Of a stretch of 56,172 nt of DNA, positions 18,979-32,562 are shown piece by piece. A program made the translations under genes and the position numbers. How positions within the stretch are numbered: position 1 is the stretch's first letter; every line of letters starts with the position of its first letter. This DNA comes from Bacilli bacterium (lineage in GTDB: Bacteria > Bacillota_I > Bacilli_A > RF39 > UBA660): positions 1-56,172 of the forward strand of contig JAGBAW010000001.1 in assembly GCA_017938725.1 (NCBI GenBank), in the 5' to 3' direction. The notes beneath the pieces are model-generated. The model had not been told where the DNA came from and searched no databases. It saw nothing but the letters and a program-made list of their open reading frames with translations.

Positions 18979-19575
18979 TTATAAAACTTTCTGATTTTTT
19001 TCTTCATCTATTTCATTTTTTACTTTTTCTAATACCCTATCACATGTTTGTTCGAAGTTTCTTACCATTTCCCCTTTTCTACTAGAATTACAAATATCTT
19101 TAAAATATTCAAAATATTCTCCTTCTGTTAGTAAATAATATTCCGGTTTTATTGGATTTATTAATGACTCTATATTATTATTTTTTTTGTTTATATTTCC
19201 CCTTGCATCATAAAAGGATCCATTTATTTTTACTATAGCATGAATGTCTCCTGTTGTACATGTATATATTTGGGCTTCATTTGGAAATATTTGTTTTAAC
19301 ATATAAGCAAAATAATAACATCCACCCTCAGTGAATTCAGTTACTGCATCTCCTTTTGTAATATCATTATATTCATCTTTTATTTTATTTATTACAGCTT
19401 CTACCTCTTCGTCTTTCTTTCTTATACTTTCATTTATTTTCTTTATTTTCTCAGCATATTCTTGAATAACTTTTTTTATTGGTTGTTCATTTTCATTTTT
19501 ACTTTCTTTTCTTATTGTTTGAAGATATTCTCTATATTGCTTAACTATTTCATTTATTTTTTCCTTATCATCCAT
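18979..19575 (-). CDS. Hypothetical protein with N-terminal coiled coil and putative Cys-His-Asp domain
   Basis: FTEGGCYYFA...HAIVKINGSFYDARG; own TTTACA-N17-TATAAT promoter and AGGA RBS. Confidence 0.7.
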   Translation of the reverse strand: MDDKEKINEIVKQYREYLQTIRKESKNENEQPIKKVIQEYAEKIKKINESIRKKDEEVEAVINKIKDEYNDITKGDAVTEFTEGGCYYFAYMLKQIFPNEAQIYTCTTGDIHAIVKINGSFYDARGNINKKNNNIESLINPIKPEYYLLTEGEYFEYFKDICNSSRKGEMVRNFEQTCDRVLEKVKNEIDEEKNQKVL

Positions 19576-19685
19576 TTATATACATCCTTTTTTTGATTAT
19601 ATCATTTATATATATATATGTAAATTACTTAAGAAAAAATAGTATTTTTTTTAATATACATGATATAATATATTAGGGTGTTTGA

Positions 19686-21047
19686 ATGATTAATATTAAA
19701 ACTGATTCTAGAAAGGTTAAAAAAGGGGATACTTTTATTGCTATTAAAAATGTAGTAAGAGATGGGCATGATTATATTAATCAAGCAATTAAAAACGGAG
19801 CAACTAGAATTATATGTGAACATGGTAGTTATCCTGTTGAAACAATTATTGTAGATGATACAAAAAAATATTTAAATGAATATTTATATGAAAATTATTA
19901 TCAAAAATTTAAAGATATAAAATTAATAGGGGTAACGGGTACTAATGGAAAAACAACTATTTGCTATTTAATTTTTCAAATATTAAATTTACTTGGAGAA
20001 AAATGTGCATATATTGGAACAATAGGTTTTTATTATGGTAATGTAAGAAGAGAGCTTAATAATACAACTCCTGATACAGATTTATTATATGAGATGTTAT
20101 TAGAAGCAAAAGAAAATGGATGTGAATATGTTGCAATGGAAGTAAGTAGTCATGCACTTGATAAAAATAGAGTATATGGACTTGAATTTGATGAAGTTGC
20201 ATTTACAAATTTAACTAGGGATCACTTAGATTATCATAAGACTATTGAAAATTATATTGAAGCTAAGAGAAAATTGTTTGATAAAACTAGAGATAATAAA
20301 ATTGCAGTTATTAATGCTGATGATAAATATTTTAAAGAGTTTATTAATAAAAAAAATACTAATATATTAATTAGTCAAAATGAGGGAGATTTACTTATAA
20401 AAAATATTGAATTATCACATTTGAATACAAATATTACTTTTGAATTTAAAAATAAAGAATATAATACTTCTATTAATATGATAGGTAAATATAATGTTTA
20501 TAATTTTTTAACAGCATTACTTCTAGTAAACCAATTGGGATTTAATATAGAAGATATATTAAAGTTATCAAATATAATAAATGCACCATTAGGGAGAATG
20601 GAAAAAATTATATATAAATCAAATAGTATATTTATTGATTATGCACATACTCCAGATGCTGTTATAAATGTTTTAAAGAGTGCAGAAGAATTTAAAAAAG
20701 GAAAAATAATATCTATACTAGGATGTGGTGGAGATAGGGATAAAACAAAAAGACCATTAATGGGGAAAGCTGCTGAAGAAAACTCAGATTATGTTATATT
20801 TACAAATGATAATCCAAGGACAGAAAATGAAAAACAAATTATGAGTGATATTATATATGGTTTAAATAAAGATAATCATGAAATTATATTTAATAGAGAA
20901 GAGGCAATAAAAAAAGGAATTTCTTTATTAAATGAGAATGATATATTAATGATTCTTGGTAAAGGGCATGAGGATTATCAGATTATTGGAAATAAAAAAA
21001 TACATTTCAGTGACAAAGAAATAGTAGAAAAATATATTAAATCATAA
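19686..21047 (+). CDS. murE: UDP-MurNAc-tripeptide synthetase (mDAP-type DNPR motif)
   Basis: GVTGTNGKTT, MEVSSH, DHLDYH, DYAHTPDA, GGDRD and DNPR motifs. Confidence 0.97.
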   Translation: MINIKTDSRKVKKGDTFIAIKNVVRDGHDYINQAIKNGATRIICEHGSYPVETIIVDDTKKYLNEYLYENYYQKFKDIKLIGVTGTNGKTTICYLIFQILNLLGEKCAYIGTIGFYYGNVRRELNNTTPDTDLLYEMLLEAKENGCEYVAMEVSSHALDKNRVYGLEFDEVAFTNLTRDHLDYHKTIENYIEAKRKLFDKTRDNKIAVINADDKYFKEFINKKNTNILISQNEGDLLIKNIELSHLNTNITFEFKNKEYNTSINMIGKYNVYNFLTALLLVNQLGFNIEDILKLSNIINAPLGRMEKIIYKSNSIFIDYAHTPDAVINVLKSAEEFKKGKIISILGCGGDRDKTKRPLMGKAAEENSDYVIFTNDNPRTENEKQIMSDIIYGLNKDNHEIIFNREEAIKKGISLLNENDILMILGKGHEDYQIIGNKKIHFSDKEIVEKYIKS

Positions 21048-21062
21048 AATAAGGGGAATAGT

Positions 21063-22448
21063 ATGAATAAAAAAATATATATAAAAGATATAATAGATGT
21101 TTGCAATGCATATTTATTTTGTGGAAATGAGAAAATTGAATGTACTTCTTTTTCTAAAGATACAAGGCAAATAGAAAAAAATGATGTTTATGTTGGCATT
21201 AAAGGGACAAATTTTGACGGAAATTTATTTTTTGATGAAGCATTTAAAAAAGGTGCTTGTGCATGTATTTTAGAGAAAAATTCTTTTAATAATTTAGATA
21301 TTGATAAAGAAAAATATATTAATAACACAATAATTTTAGTTGATAATTCAATAAAGGCTTTACAAAAACTCGCTAAATATAAAAGATCTTTGTATGATAT
21401 ACCAGTAATTGCGGTTACTGGAAGTGTAGGTAAAACTAGTACTAAAGATATGATTGCTAGTGTTCTTAAACAAAAATATAATGTATTAAAAACTGAAGGA
21501 AATTATAATAATCATATTGGACTTCCTTTAACAATTTTAAAATTAAAAGAACATGATGCTTTGGTATTAGAAATGGGTATGAATAATCTTGGTGAAATAA
21601 GTTTACTAAGTAATATAGCGAATCCCAACATTGCAGTTATTACAAATATTGGTACTGCACATATTGGTAATTTAGGATCTAGAGAAAATATTTTAAAAGC
21701 CAAATTAGAAATATTAGATGGAATAAGTAGTAATGGAGTACTTATTATAAATAATGATAATGACTTACTTCATGAAAATTTAGAAAATATAAAACATAAA
21801 ATAAATGTTATAACAATAGGAATAGATAATAATAGTGATTATAATGCCTATAATATAATAGATAATGTATTTAGTAGTAAATTTAATATTAATGATAATG
21901 ATATAGAAGTCAATGTCGGGGGTAAACCATTTATATATAATAGTTTAGTTGCATATGCTATAGGAAAATATTTAAATATTAATGAAAAAGATATTATTAA
22001 AGGAATAGCAAAATTTAAATTATCTAGTAATAGGATGGAAAAAATTATAAATAATAAAGGAGTAACTATTATTAATGATACATATAATGCTAGTTATGAC
22101 TCTGTTATAGCAGCCTTAGACCTAATAAACAAATCTAATTATAAAAGAAAAGTATTAATATTAGGTGATATTTTGGAACTTGGTGATTATTCTAAAGATA
22201 TACACAATAAAATAGGCAAATATATAAGCAACTTAAATATTAACAAGATTATATTAGTAGGAAATGAAGTTAAATATGTAAAAGAGGCATTATTTAATGG
22301 TAATTTTAATATGAATAATTTATATTATTTTGAAAAAGAAAGTGATACTTATAATTTATTAAATGATTTACTTCAAAAAGATGACATTGTATTAATTAAA
22401 GGATCTCATGGTGTAAATTTAATAAATATTGTGGATAAAATTAAATAA
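21063..22448 (+). CDS. murF: UDP-MurNAc-tripeptide--D-Ala-D-Ala ligase
   Basis: TGSVGKTSTK, NYNNHIGLP, INDTYNAS, LGDILELG and IKGSH motifs. Confidence 0.97.
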   Translation: MNKKIYIKDIIDVCNAYLFCGNEKIECTSFSKDTRQIEKNDVYVGIKGTNFDGNLFFDEAFKKGACACILEKNSFNNLDIDKEKYINNTIILVDNSIKALQKLAKYKRSLYDIPVIAVTGSVGKTSTKDMIASVLKQKYNVLKTEGNYNNHIGLPLTILKLKEHDALVLEMGMNNLGEISLLSNIANPNIAVITNIGTAHIGNLGSRENILKAKLEILDGISSNGVLIINNDNDLLHENLENIKHKINVITIGIDNNSDYNAYNIIDNVFSSKFNINDNDIEVNVGGKPFIYNSLVAYAIGKYLNINEKDIIKGIAKFKLSSNRMEKIINNKGVTIINDTYNASYDSVIAALDLINKSNYKRKVLILGDILELGDYSKDIHNKIGKYISNLNINKIILVGNEVKYVKEALFNGNFNMNNLYYFEKESDTYNLLNDLLQKDDIVLIKGSHGVNLINIVDKIK

Positions 22449-22670
22449 TTTTTATGTTAGTGAAATTAATTTCACTTTTTTTGTGGAAAATTTTTCTATT
22501 TTTTATTATAATATAAAGAAAAATTTATTTATAAACAATTTAAACAAAATGTTTATAAAATTCTTATGTTTATAAAATAAAATGTTTAAACAAAATTTGT
22601 GGAAAATGTGGAAAACTATATTTTTTACTTATAATATAATAATTTTTATCAACTTATGTTGTTGATAAGT
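22430..22670. promoter_or_regulatory. oriC, upstream part: DnaA box cluster
   Basis: TGTGGATAA 22430-22438; TGTGGAAAA at 22482, 22598, 22607; TGTTGATAA 22660-22668; extremely AT-rich. Confidence 0.88.
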
Positions 22671-22758
22671 AATGTTAACAAATATTTTTGCTTGAAATAA
22701 AGAAAAAATGGGTTATAATTAACTTATAAATGTAATACTTCAGGGGGAGGTGGCATTA

Positions 22759-24132
22759 ATGAATGTAGAAAACATTTGGAATAAATTTTTAAGTATGATA
22801 AAGTCTAGATTATCATCACTTTCATATAATACATGGTTTTCTTCATCTAAACTTGTTGAATTAAATGAAGATGCTGCCATAATAATTGTTCCTACAATTG
22901 CACATAAAAAACATTTATCTGAATCTTATATGGATATTATTAATGAAATTTTCAACAGTATAACTGGAACTAATTTTAATATTGAATTTTTACTTGAAAA
23001 TGAATATGAGCAAATTAAAAATAGTAATAAAAATGGAATGCAAGAAGAAGTAGAAGAAATAGGAGTCCCACATAATAGTATAGAAAAAGCTAACTTAAAT
23101 CCTGATTATGTATTTGAAAATTTTATAGTAGGGGAAAGTAATCGATTTGCACAGGCAACAGCACTTGCAGTAGCTGAAAATCCAGGAAAAATGTATAATC
23201 CTTTATTTATATATGGAAATAGTGGACTTGGTAAAACACATCTAATGCAGGCAATTGGTAATTATATAGTAAAAAATACTAATAAAAGGGTATTATATGT
23301 TACAAGTGATCAATTTATTAATGATTTTTTAGGACTTAATAAAAGGGATAAAGATGGTACAAATTTTGATTATGTAGATTTATTTAAAGATAAATATAGG
23401 AATATTGATGTTTTAATAATAGATGATATACAATTTTTAGGTAATGCACCAAAAACACAAAATGAATTTTTCCACACATTTAATACTTTATATGATGATA
23501 AAAAACAAATTATTATTTCATCTGATTCTTCACCTGATGATTTAAAGCATCTTGAAGATAGACTTAGAACTAGATTTAATTGGGGATTAAAAGTAAACAT
23601 TTTTCCACCGGATAATGATTTAAGAAAAGAAATACTTAGAAAAAAAATGGCTAATATGGACTTTTCAAGACATATTACTGAAGATGCGATTGACTATATC
23701 GCTAATATGTGTGCATCTGATGTAAGAAGTTTAGAGGGTGCTTTGACTAGAGTTTGTGCATATTCTACAATATTTTTTGAAGAGGAAATTACATTGGACT
23801 TAGCAATTGAGGCTTTAAAAGGAACAATAAATCAAACGACAAATTTTAAAAATGATATTCAAAAAATTCAAAGAGTAGTTGCTGAATATTATAATGTATC
23901 TGTAGAAGATTTGAAATCAAAAAAAAGAGTAGCAACTATTGCATTTCCAAGACAAATTGCAATTTATTTATCAAGACAATTAACTGATGAATCATTTCCA
24001 AGAATTGGAATGGAATTTGGTGGAAGGGATCATTCAACAGTAATACATTCATGTGATAAGATAGATAAGGAAATTAAAAACAATAAACAGTTAGAAAAAA
24101 TAATAGAAGAAATTAAAGAAAAACTAAAATGA
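22759..24132 (+). CDS. dnaA: Chromosomal replication initiator
   Basis: NPLFIYGNSGLGKTHL, LIIDDIQFL and GGRDHSTV motifs. Confidence 0.99.
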   Translation: MNVENIWNKFLSMIKSRLSSLSYNTWFSSSKLVELNEDAAIIIVPTIAHKKHLSESYMDIINEIFNSITGTNFNIEFLLENEYEQIKNSNKNGMQEEVEEIGVPHNSIEKANLNPDYVFENFIVGESNRFAQATALAVAENPGKMYNPLFIYGNSGLGKTHLMQAIGNYIVKNTNKRVLYVTSDQFINDFLGLNKRDKDGTNFDYVDLFKDKYRNIDVLIIDDIQFLGNAPKTQNEFFHTFNTLYDDKKQIIISSDSSPDDLKHLEDRLRTRFNWGLKVNIFPPDNDLRKEILRKKMANMDFSRHITEDAIDYIANMCASDVRSLEGALTRVCAYSTIFFEEEITLDLAIEALKGTINQTTNFKNDIQKIQRVVAEYYNVSVEDLKSKKRVATIAFPRQIAIYLSRQLTDESFPRIGMEFGGRDHSTVIHSCDKIDKEIKNNKQLEKIIEEIKEKLK

Positions 24133-24290
24133 TGTGGATAAAATTAAGTAATTAACAAAATATTAAACATTTTTCAACAAATAAATTTATAAATATTTAC
24201 TTATATTATAAAGAAAAATATACTTTTAAACATTTTCCACATTAATAATAAAAATAAAATTTAATTTAAATAATATAATATGATATAATT
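24133..24290. promoter_or_regulatory. oriC, downstream part: DnaA boxes plus AT-rich putative unwinding element
   Basis: TGTGGATAA 24133-24141, TTTTCAACA 24171-24179, TTTTCCACA 24233-24241, followed by a pure A/T tract. Confidence 0.85.
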
Positions 24291-24308
24291 TAAAGTAGGA
24301 GGGTTAAA

Positions 24309-25430
24309 ATGAAATTTAGTATTAAAAAAGAAATATTATTAGAAAATTTAAATAATGTATCAAAAGCTGTATCAACTAAAAATGTTATACCAGTTCTTGG
24401 AGGAATAAAATTTAATTTAACAAATGAAGGATTGTTTTTAACTTCAACAAATAATGATATAGATATAGAATGTTTTATAAATAAGAAATATATTGATAAG
24501 ATAGATATGACAGGGACAATAATTATTCAAGGAAAATATTTACTAGAAATAATTAGAAAACTACCTGATGGTATTATTAATATAGAAATAATAGATGGTT
24601 TAAAAATATTAATATATACACAAAATTCTAATTTTAATTTAAATGGTATTGATTCGTCAGAGTTTCCAAATGTTAATTTAGATATTTCTACAAATCCAAT
24701 AATATTAAGTAAAAAGATAATTAAAAATATAGTAAATCAGACTTTATTTGCAACTTCATCACAAGAATCTAGACCAGTTCTTACAGGTATTAATATAAAA
24801 ATAGAGAATGATAAAATGGAATGTATTGCAACTGATTCATATAGACTTGCTAAAAAAATAGTAGAATTAGATTCTCCTGTTGATAATATAATTAATATAG
24901 TCGTTCCAGGAAAAAATATAGGTGAACTTTCTAAAATTTTAAATGATGAAGACGAAAATGTAGAAATTCACATTTTCTCAAATAAGATTCTATTTAAGTT
25001 TGATAATATATTATTTCAATCAAGATTATTAAATGGAACATTTCCTGATACATCAAGATTAATTCCTGATACATTTGAACTTGAAATAAAAACAAATTTA
25101 GATGAATTTTATAGTGTTATTGATAGAGCTGCTTTATTAACATCAGAAAAAGAAAAAAATGTTATTAAATTTGAAACTAATGGTAATGAAGTAACTGTAA
25201 GTTCTAATACTCCAGAAATAGGTAGGGTTGAAGAAAAAATAATAGTTACTAAAAATAATGATAAAGAAATAAAAATAGCCTTTTCATCTAAATTTATGAT
25301 GGAAGCATTGAGGACAATAAATAGTAAGGATATAAGAATATTATTAAGTTCAGATATTAAACCTATTATTTTAAAAACAGATGAAGATGAAAATTTAGTT
25401 CAATTATTATTACCAATTAAGACTTATTAG
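24309..25430 (+). CDS. dnaN: DNA polymerase III beta clamp
   Basis: SRPVLTG, ATDSYRLA, GTFPD and C-terminal LLLPIK motifs; follows dnaA. Confidence 0.98.
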   Translation: MKFSIKKEILLENLNNVSKAVSTKNVIPVLGGIKFNLTNEGLFLTSTNNDIDIECFINKKYIDKIDMTGTIIIQGKYLLEIIRKLPDGIINIEIIDGLKILIYTQNSNFNLNGIDSSEFPNVNLDISTNPIILSKKIIKNIVNQTLFATSSQESRPVLTGINIKIENDKMECIATDSYRLAKKIVELDSPVDNIINIVVPGKNIGELSKILNDEDENVEIHIFSNKILFKFDNILFQSRLLNGTFPDTSRLIPDTFELEIKTNLDEFYSVIDRAALLTSEKEKNVIKFETNGNEVTVSSNTPEIGRVEEKIIVTKNNDKEIKIAFSSKFMMEALRTINSKDIRILLSSDIKPIILKTDEDENLVQLLLPIKTY

Positions 25431-25568
25431 AAGAGAAAAATTAAATTTTTTCTTTTTTTTGTCAAAAAACAACAAATTTTTCATAAAAATTGATTATTAA
25501 TAGAGGAAATTATTTTTTTTTGGAGAAAATAATTTATGAAGTCCATTAAACAAGAGGAGGGGGATTTT

Positions 25569-26015
25569 ATGGATGAATATGAAATTAATTCTAATACTAT
25601 AGCATTAATACCAATTGATAGTGAAAAAACAAAAGTTATTGAAGAAAAAGAAACATTTATGGTAGAAATGTGTGCAATGAAAATAATAGAAAGAAGTTGT
25701 GAATTTTTTGGTAGTACATACTTAGGTAGACACATGGGAACAAAAGCACTAACAGGAATAAGCCATAAATCTCCAATAATTATAGAGGAGAGCAAAAATA
25801 TTATATATTTTCCTACTACGTCACCAAGATTAGATGAATGTATGTGGCTATCATTAAAGCATATTCAGAATTATAAAGATGAAAATGGTAAATTAATGGT
25901 ATTTTTTGAAAATGGCCAAAATATTAATGTTGATATATCATATGGGTCATTTGATAATCAATACCTAAGGGCTACAAAATTAGAATCAATTTTAAGAAAA
26001 AGAAAATTAAGCTAA
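25569..26015 (+). CDS. comK: ComK-family competence transcription factor
   Basis: YEIN..T.AL.P, IIERSC.FFGS.Y.GR, HK.PIII and FPT.SP...C.W motifs of the ComK family. Confidence 0.88.
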   Translation: MDEYEINSNTIALIPIDSEKTKVIEEKETFMVEMCAMKIIERSCEFFGSTYLGRHMGTKALTGISHKSPIIIEESKNIIYFPTTSPRLDECMWLSLKHIQNYKDENGKLMVFFENGQNINVDISYGSFDNQYLRATKLESILRKRKLS

Positions 26016-26161
26016 AATATCATACAAAAATATTAAATTATTTTTGTATTTTTAATTAAAAATATGTTATTTAAGCCCATTTTATGATATAATTAGTATG
26101 TATGTATAGGAGCATTATTTATGGATCAAAATGAAAATAAGGTCGTTAAAATAGGGTTAAA

Positions 26162-29186
<3,025 letters not shown>

Positions 29187-29201
29187 AAAGGATTTAATAA
29201 A

Positions 29202-31652
29202 ATGGATCATAGTAGAGACAGATTAGAAGAAAATAATATAGTAAACGAAATAGAAACATCATTTCTTGAATATTCAATGAGTGTAATTGTATCTCGTGCT
29301 CTTCCTGATTTAAGAGATGGATTAAAACCGGTTCATAGAAGAATTTTATGGTCAATGTATGAATCAGGTTATACACCAGATAAACCTCATAAAAAGTCAG
29401 CACGTATTGTTGGTGATGTTATGGGTAAATATCATCCACATGGGGATTCAAGTATATATGAAGCAATGGTTCGTATGGCTCAAAACTTCAGTTATAGACA
29501 TATGCTTGTAGATGGTCATGGTAACTTTGGTAATATAGAAGGCGATGGTGCTGCAGCAATGCGTTATACAGAATCAAGACTTTCAAAAATTTCATTAGAA
29601 TTACTTAGAGATATTAATAAAAATACTGTTGATTTTGATGATAATTTTGATGTTTCTGAAAAGGAACCACAAATTTTACCATCAAGATTTCCTAATATAT
29701 TAGTAAATGGTACTATGGGTATTGCTGTTGGTATGGCAACAAATATTCCACCACATAATCTAGGTGAAGTAATAGATGGCTGTATTGCATATATAGATAA
29801 TCCTGAAATAGATACTTTAGGTTTAATGGAACATATAAAGGGACCTGATTTTCCAACTGGTGGAATTATTCTAGGTAATAGTGGAATAAAAAAGGCTTAT
29901 GAAACAGGACGTGGAACAATAACAATTAGAAGTAGGGCAAGAATAGAAGAAACTAATGGTAAACATTATATAATAGTTGATGAGGTACCATATGGTGTTA
30001 ATACCTATGATTTAAAAAATAAAGTGGCAGAACTTGTTCATAATAAGACAATTGAGGGTATTGCAGATTATCATACAGATTTAAAAAATGGAGTCAAAAT
30101 TACAATAACTCTTAAAAAAGATGCAAATCCACAGGTTGTATTAAATAATTTATATAAGCACACTTCATTTCAAACGACTTTTGGTATAATATTTTTAATG
30201 CTTGATCATGGAGTTCCTAAAACTCTTGGAATTAAAGATATTATTTCTAAATATGTAGAATATCAAAAAGAAGTAATTATTAGAAGAACTAAATTTGATT
30301 TGGATAAAGCTGAAAAAAGAGTTCATATTTTAGAAGGATTAAAAATAGCTCTAGATCATATCGATGAAGTAATTAAGCTTATAAGAGGGTCTAAATCTGA
30401 TGAAGAAGCAAAATCTGGTTTAATTAGTAAGTTTGGTTTAAGTGAGACACAAGCAGATGCAATTCTTGAAATGAAGTTAAGAAGATTAACTGGTTTAGAA
30501 AGAGATAAAATTGAAAATGAATTAAATGAATTACTTGATAAAATTAGAGAATTAAAATCAATTTTAGCGTCAGATGAGAAAATTTACTCAATTATAAAAC
30601 AGGAATTACTTGAAATTAAAGATAAATATGCTGATGAAAGAAGAACAAGTATTGATATGACTGCAATTGATTATATTGAAGATGAATCATTAATACCTGT
30701 TGAAGATATAATAATAACTTTAACTAATAAAGGTTATATAAAACGTTTAACAACTGATACTTATAAGGTTCAAAATAAGGGTGGGGTTGGAGTTAAAGGA
30801 ATGTCAACAAATGAAGAAGATTTTGTAGAAAAAATGGTTACGGTTAAGACACATGATTATGTATTGTTCTTCTCAAACAAGGGTAAAGTTTACAAAATAA
30901 AAGGTTATGAAATACCAGAGTTTAGTAGACAGGCTAAAGGATTACCAATAATTAATTTATTACCAATTGAAAAAGATGAAAAAATAAATTCATTATTAAG
31001 TATATCTAAAGAAGATGATAGTAAATATATTACATTTGTAACAAAGGATGGATTAGTTAAGAGAACAAAAATTGAAGAATTTGATTTAATTAGAAAAAGT
31101 GGGAAAATAGCTATTACATTAAAGGAAAATGATGAATTATTATTTGTAACTAAAACGAATGGTAATAATGAAATAGTTATAGGTGCATCAAATGGAAGAC
31201 TTGTAAGATTTAATGAAAATGAAGTTAGAATAATGGGTAGAACAGCGAGTGGTGTTAAAGGTATAGAAATACCAAATGATTCTATATGCGTAAGTGCAGA
31301 AAAAGTTGATAATAATAGTGATATATTAATTATGACTGAAAAGGGATATGGTAAACGTACAAATATAGATGAATATAGATTAACTCATAGAGGAAGTAAG
31401 GGTGTTAAGGCATTAAATATTACAGAAAAAAATGGAAATTTAGTTGCAGTAAAAAATGTAAATGAATGTGAGTCATTAATGATTATTACTGATAGTGGAA
31501 TAATAATAAAAATACCTGTTAGTCAGGTTTCAAAAATGAGTAGAGTAACCCAAGGGGTTAGATTAATAAATCTTAAGGAAAATCAAAAAGTGACAACAAT
31601 AGCTACAACAATAGATGAAGAAAATGATAATAATGAAGAGGAAATAGTTTAA
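29202..31652 (+). CDS. gyrA: DNA gyrase subunit A
   Basis: HPHGD, AAMRYTE and GyrA-box-like QNKGGVG. Confidence 0.98.
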   Translation: MDHSRDRLEENNIVNEIETSFLEYSMSVIVSRALPDLRDGLKPVHRRILWSMYESGYTPDKPHKKSARIVGDVMGKYHPHGDSSIYEAMVRMAQNFSYRHMLVDGHGNFGNIEGDGAAAMRYTESRLSKISLELLRDINKNTVDFDDNFDVSEKEPQILPSRFPNILVNGTMGIAVGMATNIPPHNLGEVIDGCIAYIDNPEIDTLGLMEHIKGPDFPTGGIILGNSGIKKAYETGRGTITIRSRARIEETNGKHYIIVDEVPYGVNTYDLKNKVAELVHNKTIEGIADYHTDLKNGVKITITLKKDANPQVVLNNLYKHTSFQTTFGIIFLMLDHGVPKTLGIKDIISKYVEYQKEVIIRRTKFDLDKAEKRVHILEGLKIALDHIDEVIKLIRGSKSDEEAKSGLISKFGLSETQADAILEMKLRRLTGLERDKIENELNELLDKIRELKSILASDEKIYSIIKQELLEIKDKYADERRTSIDMTAIDYIEDESLIPVEDIIITLTNKGYIKRLTTDTYKVQNKGGVGVKGMSTNEEDFVEKMVTVKTHDYVLFFSNKGKVYKIKGYEIPEFSRQAKGLPIINLLPIEKDEKINSLLSISKEDDSKYITFVTKDGLVKRTKIEEFDLIRKSGKIAITLKENDELLFVTKTNGNNEIVIGASNGRLVRFNENEVRIMGRTASGVKGIEIPNDSICVSAEKVDNNSDILIMTEKGYGKRTNIDEYRLTHRGSKGVKALNITEKNGNLVAVKNVNECESLMIITDSGIIIKIPVSQVSKMSRVTQGVRLINLKENQKVTTIATTIDEENDNNEEEIV

Positions 31653-31671
31653 TAATAGTTTCTTCTTTATA

Positions 31672-31736
31672 TTTTACGAACAAAAAGCGAACAAAATATT
31701 TCCCGGGAAATATTTTTACGAACAAAAAGCGAACAA
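31672..31736. repeat. Two exact 23-bp direct repeats flanking the NBS
   Basis: TTTTACGAACAAAAAGCGAACAA at 31672-31694 and 31714-31736. Confidence 0.95.
31698..31711. promoter_or_regulatory. Noc-binding site (NBS)
   Basis: Exact ATTTCCCGGGAAAT palindrome matching the Bacillus NBS consensus, extending to a 24-bp palindrome at 31693-31716. Confidence 0.85.
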
Positions 31737-31793
31737 TAATATAAAAAAATAATTATTATTGACTAAAGTAGATAAATATAGTATATTTTTATT

Positions 31794-31864
31794 GCACAAC
31801 AGGAATATTGGAATCAGGTCAGGATAGAAATATAGCAGCCTTAACAATTAATTCTTGTGTGTGC
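31794..31864 (+). ncRNA. ffs: Signal recognition particle RNA, small 4.5S type
   Basis: AGGTCAGG-ATA-GAAA-TAT-AGCAGCCT helix-8 motif with GNRA loop in a long hairpin closed by GCAC/GTGC; TTGACT-N17-TATATT promoter; T-run after. Confidence 0.9.
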
Positions 31865-31882
31865 TTTTTTTTAGAGGTAATT

Positions 31883-32329
31883 ATGGATTTATTATATATT
31901 GAAAATGAATTAAATAAATTAATTAAGAAAGCAGTAAAAAAAAATGAAGTTCCAATTGCTGCAATTATTATAAAAAATGATAAGATTATAGCTAAAGGTT
32001 ATAATAGGGTAAATAAAAAAAATAATTTTATGAAACATGCTGAAATAATTGTAATTGATAAAGTAATGAAAAAGCAAAAAAATTGGAGATTAAGTGATTG
32101 TACACTTTATGTTACATTGGAGCCATGTTCAATGTGTAAAGAAATAATAAATAAATCAAGAATTAAAGAGGTTTATTATTTCATAAAACAAAATAATGAA
32201 AAAACAGAGAATAAACCATTATATAATTATATTAATTCACAAAGTGATTTTTCAAAAGAACTTAAAGATTTCTTTTGTAAAAAAAGAAAAAATAATAATG
32301 TTCCACGTGGAACATTGAAAAAAATATAA
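31883..32329 (+). CDS. tadA: tRNA adenosine deaminase
   Basis: EVPIAA, HAE and LYVTLEPCSMC motifs; the track's longer N-terminus runs through the SRP RNA and is unlikely. Confidence 0.9.
   Translation: MDLLYIENELNKLIKKAVKKNEVPIAAIIIKNDKIIAKGYNRVNKKNNFMKHAEIIVIDKVMKKQKNWRLSDCTLYVTLEPCSMCKEIINKSRIKEVYYFIKQNNEKTENKPLYNYINSQSDFSKELKDFFCKKRKNNNVPRGTLKKI
32299..32314. promoter_or_regulatory. parS site 1 (inside the tadA 3' end)
   Basis: Perfect palindrome TGTTCCACGTGGAACA. Confidence 0.92.
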
Positions 32330-32343
32330 ATAATAATTAATAA

Positions 32344-32359
32344 TGTTCCACGTGGAACA
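32344..32359. promoter_or_regulatory. parS site 2
   Basis: TGTTCCACGTGGAACA inside a perfect 38-bp palindrome at 32333-32370. Confidence 0.92.
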
Positions 32360-32562
32360 TTATTAATTATACTAGTAAATTTAAAATATATTTAAGTTTA
32401 AAAAAATTATGTATATTAATTAATATTATTAGTATTAATTTTAAAAAGTATTATTAATGCTTTACTTGAAACATTAATAACTATTTTCCCATAATCTAAG
32501 TCAATTATAATTTTATAATCTAATATATATTTTATATAATTACTATAATAATTTTATAGTAA

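Noticed and set aside
31672-31736. Mini CRISPR array
   Set aside because: Only two 23-bp repeats; the 19-bp intervening sequence is a Noc-site palindrome; no cas genes
31808-31882. N-terminal extension of TadA from a TTG start
   Set aside because: Overlaps the SRP RNA; a GAGG RBS precedes ATG 31883
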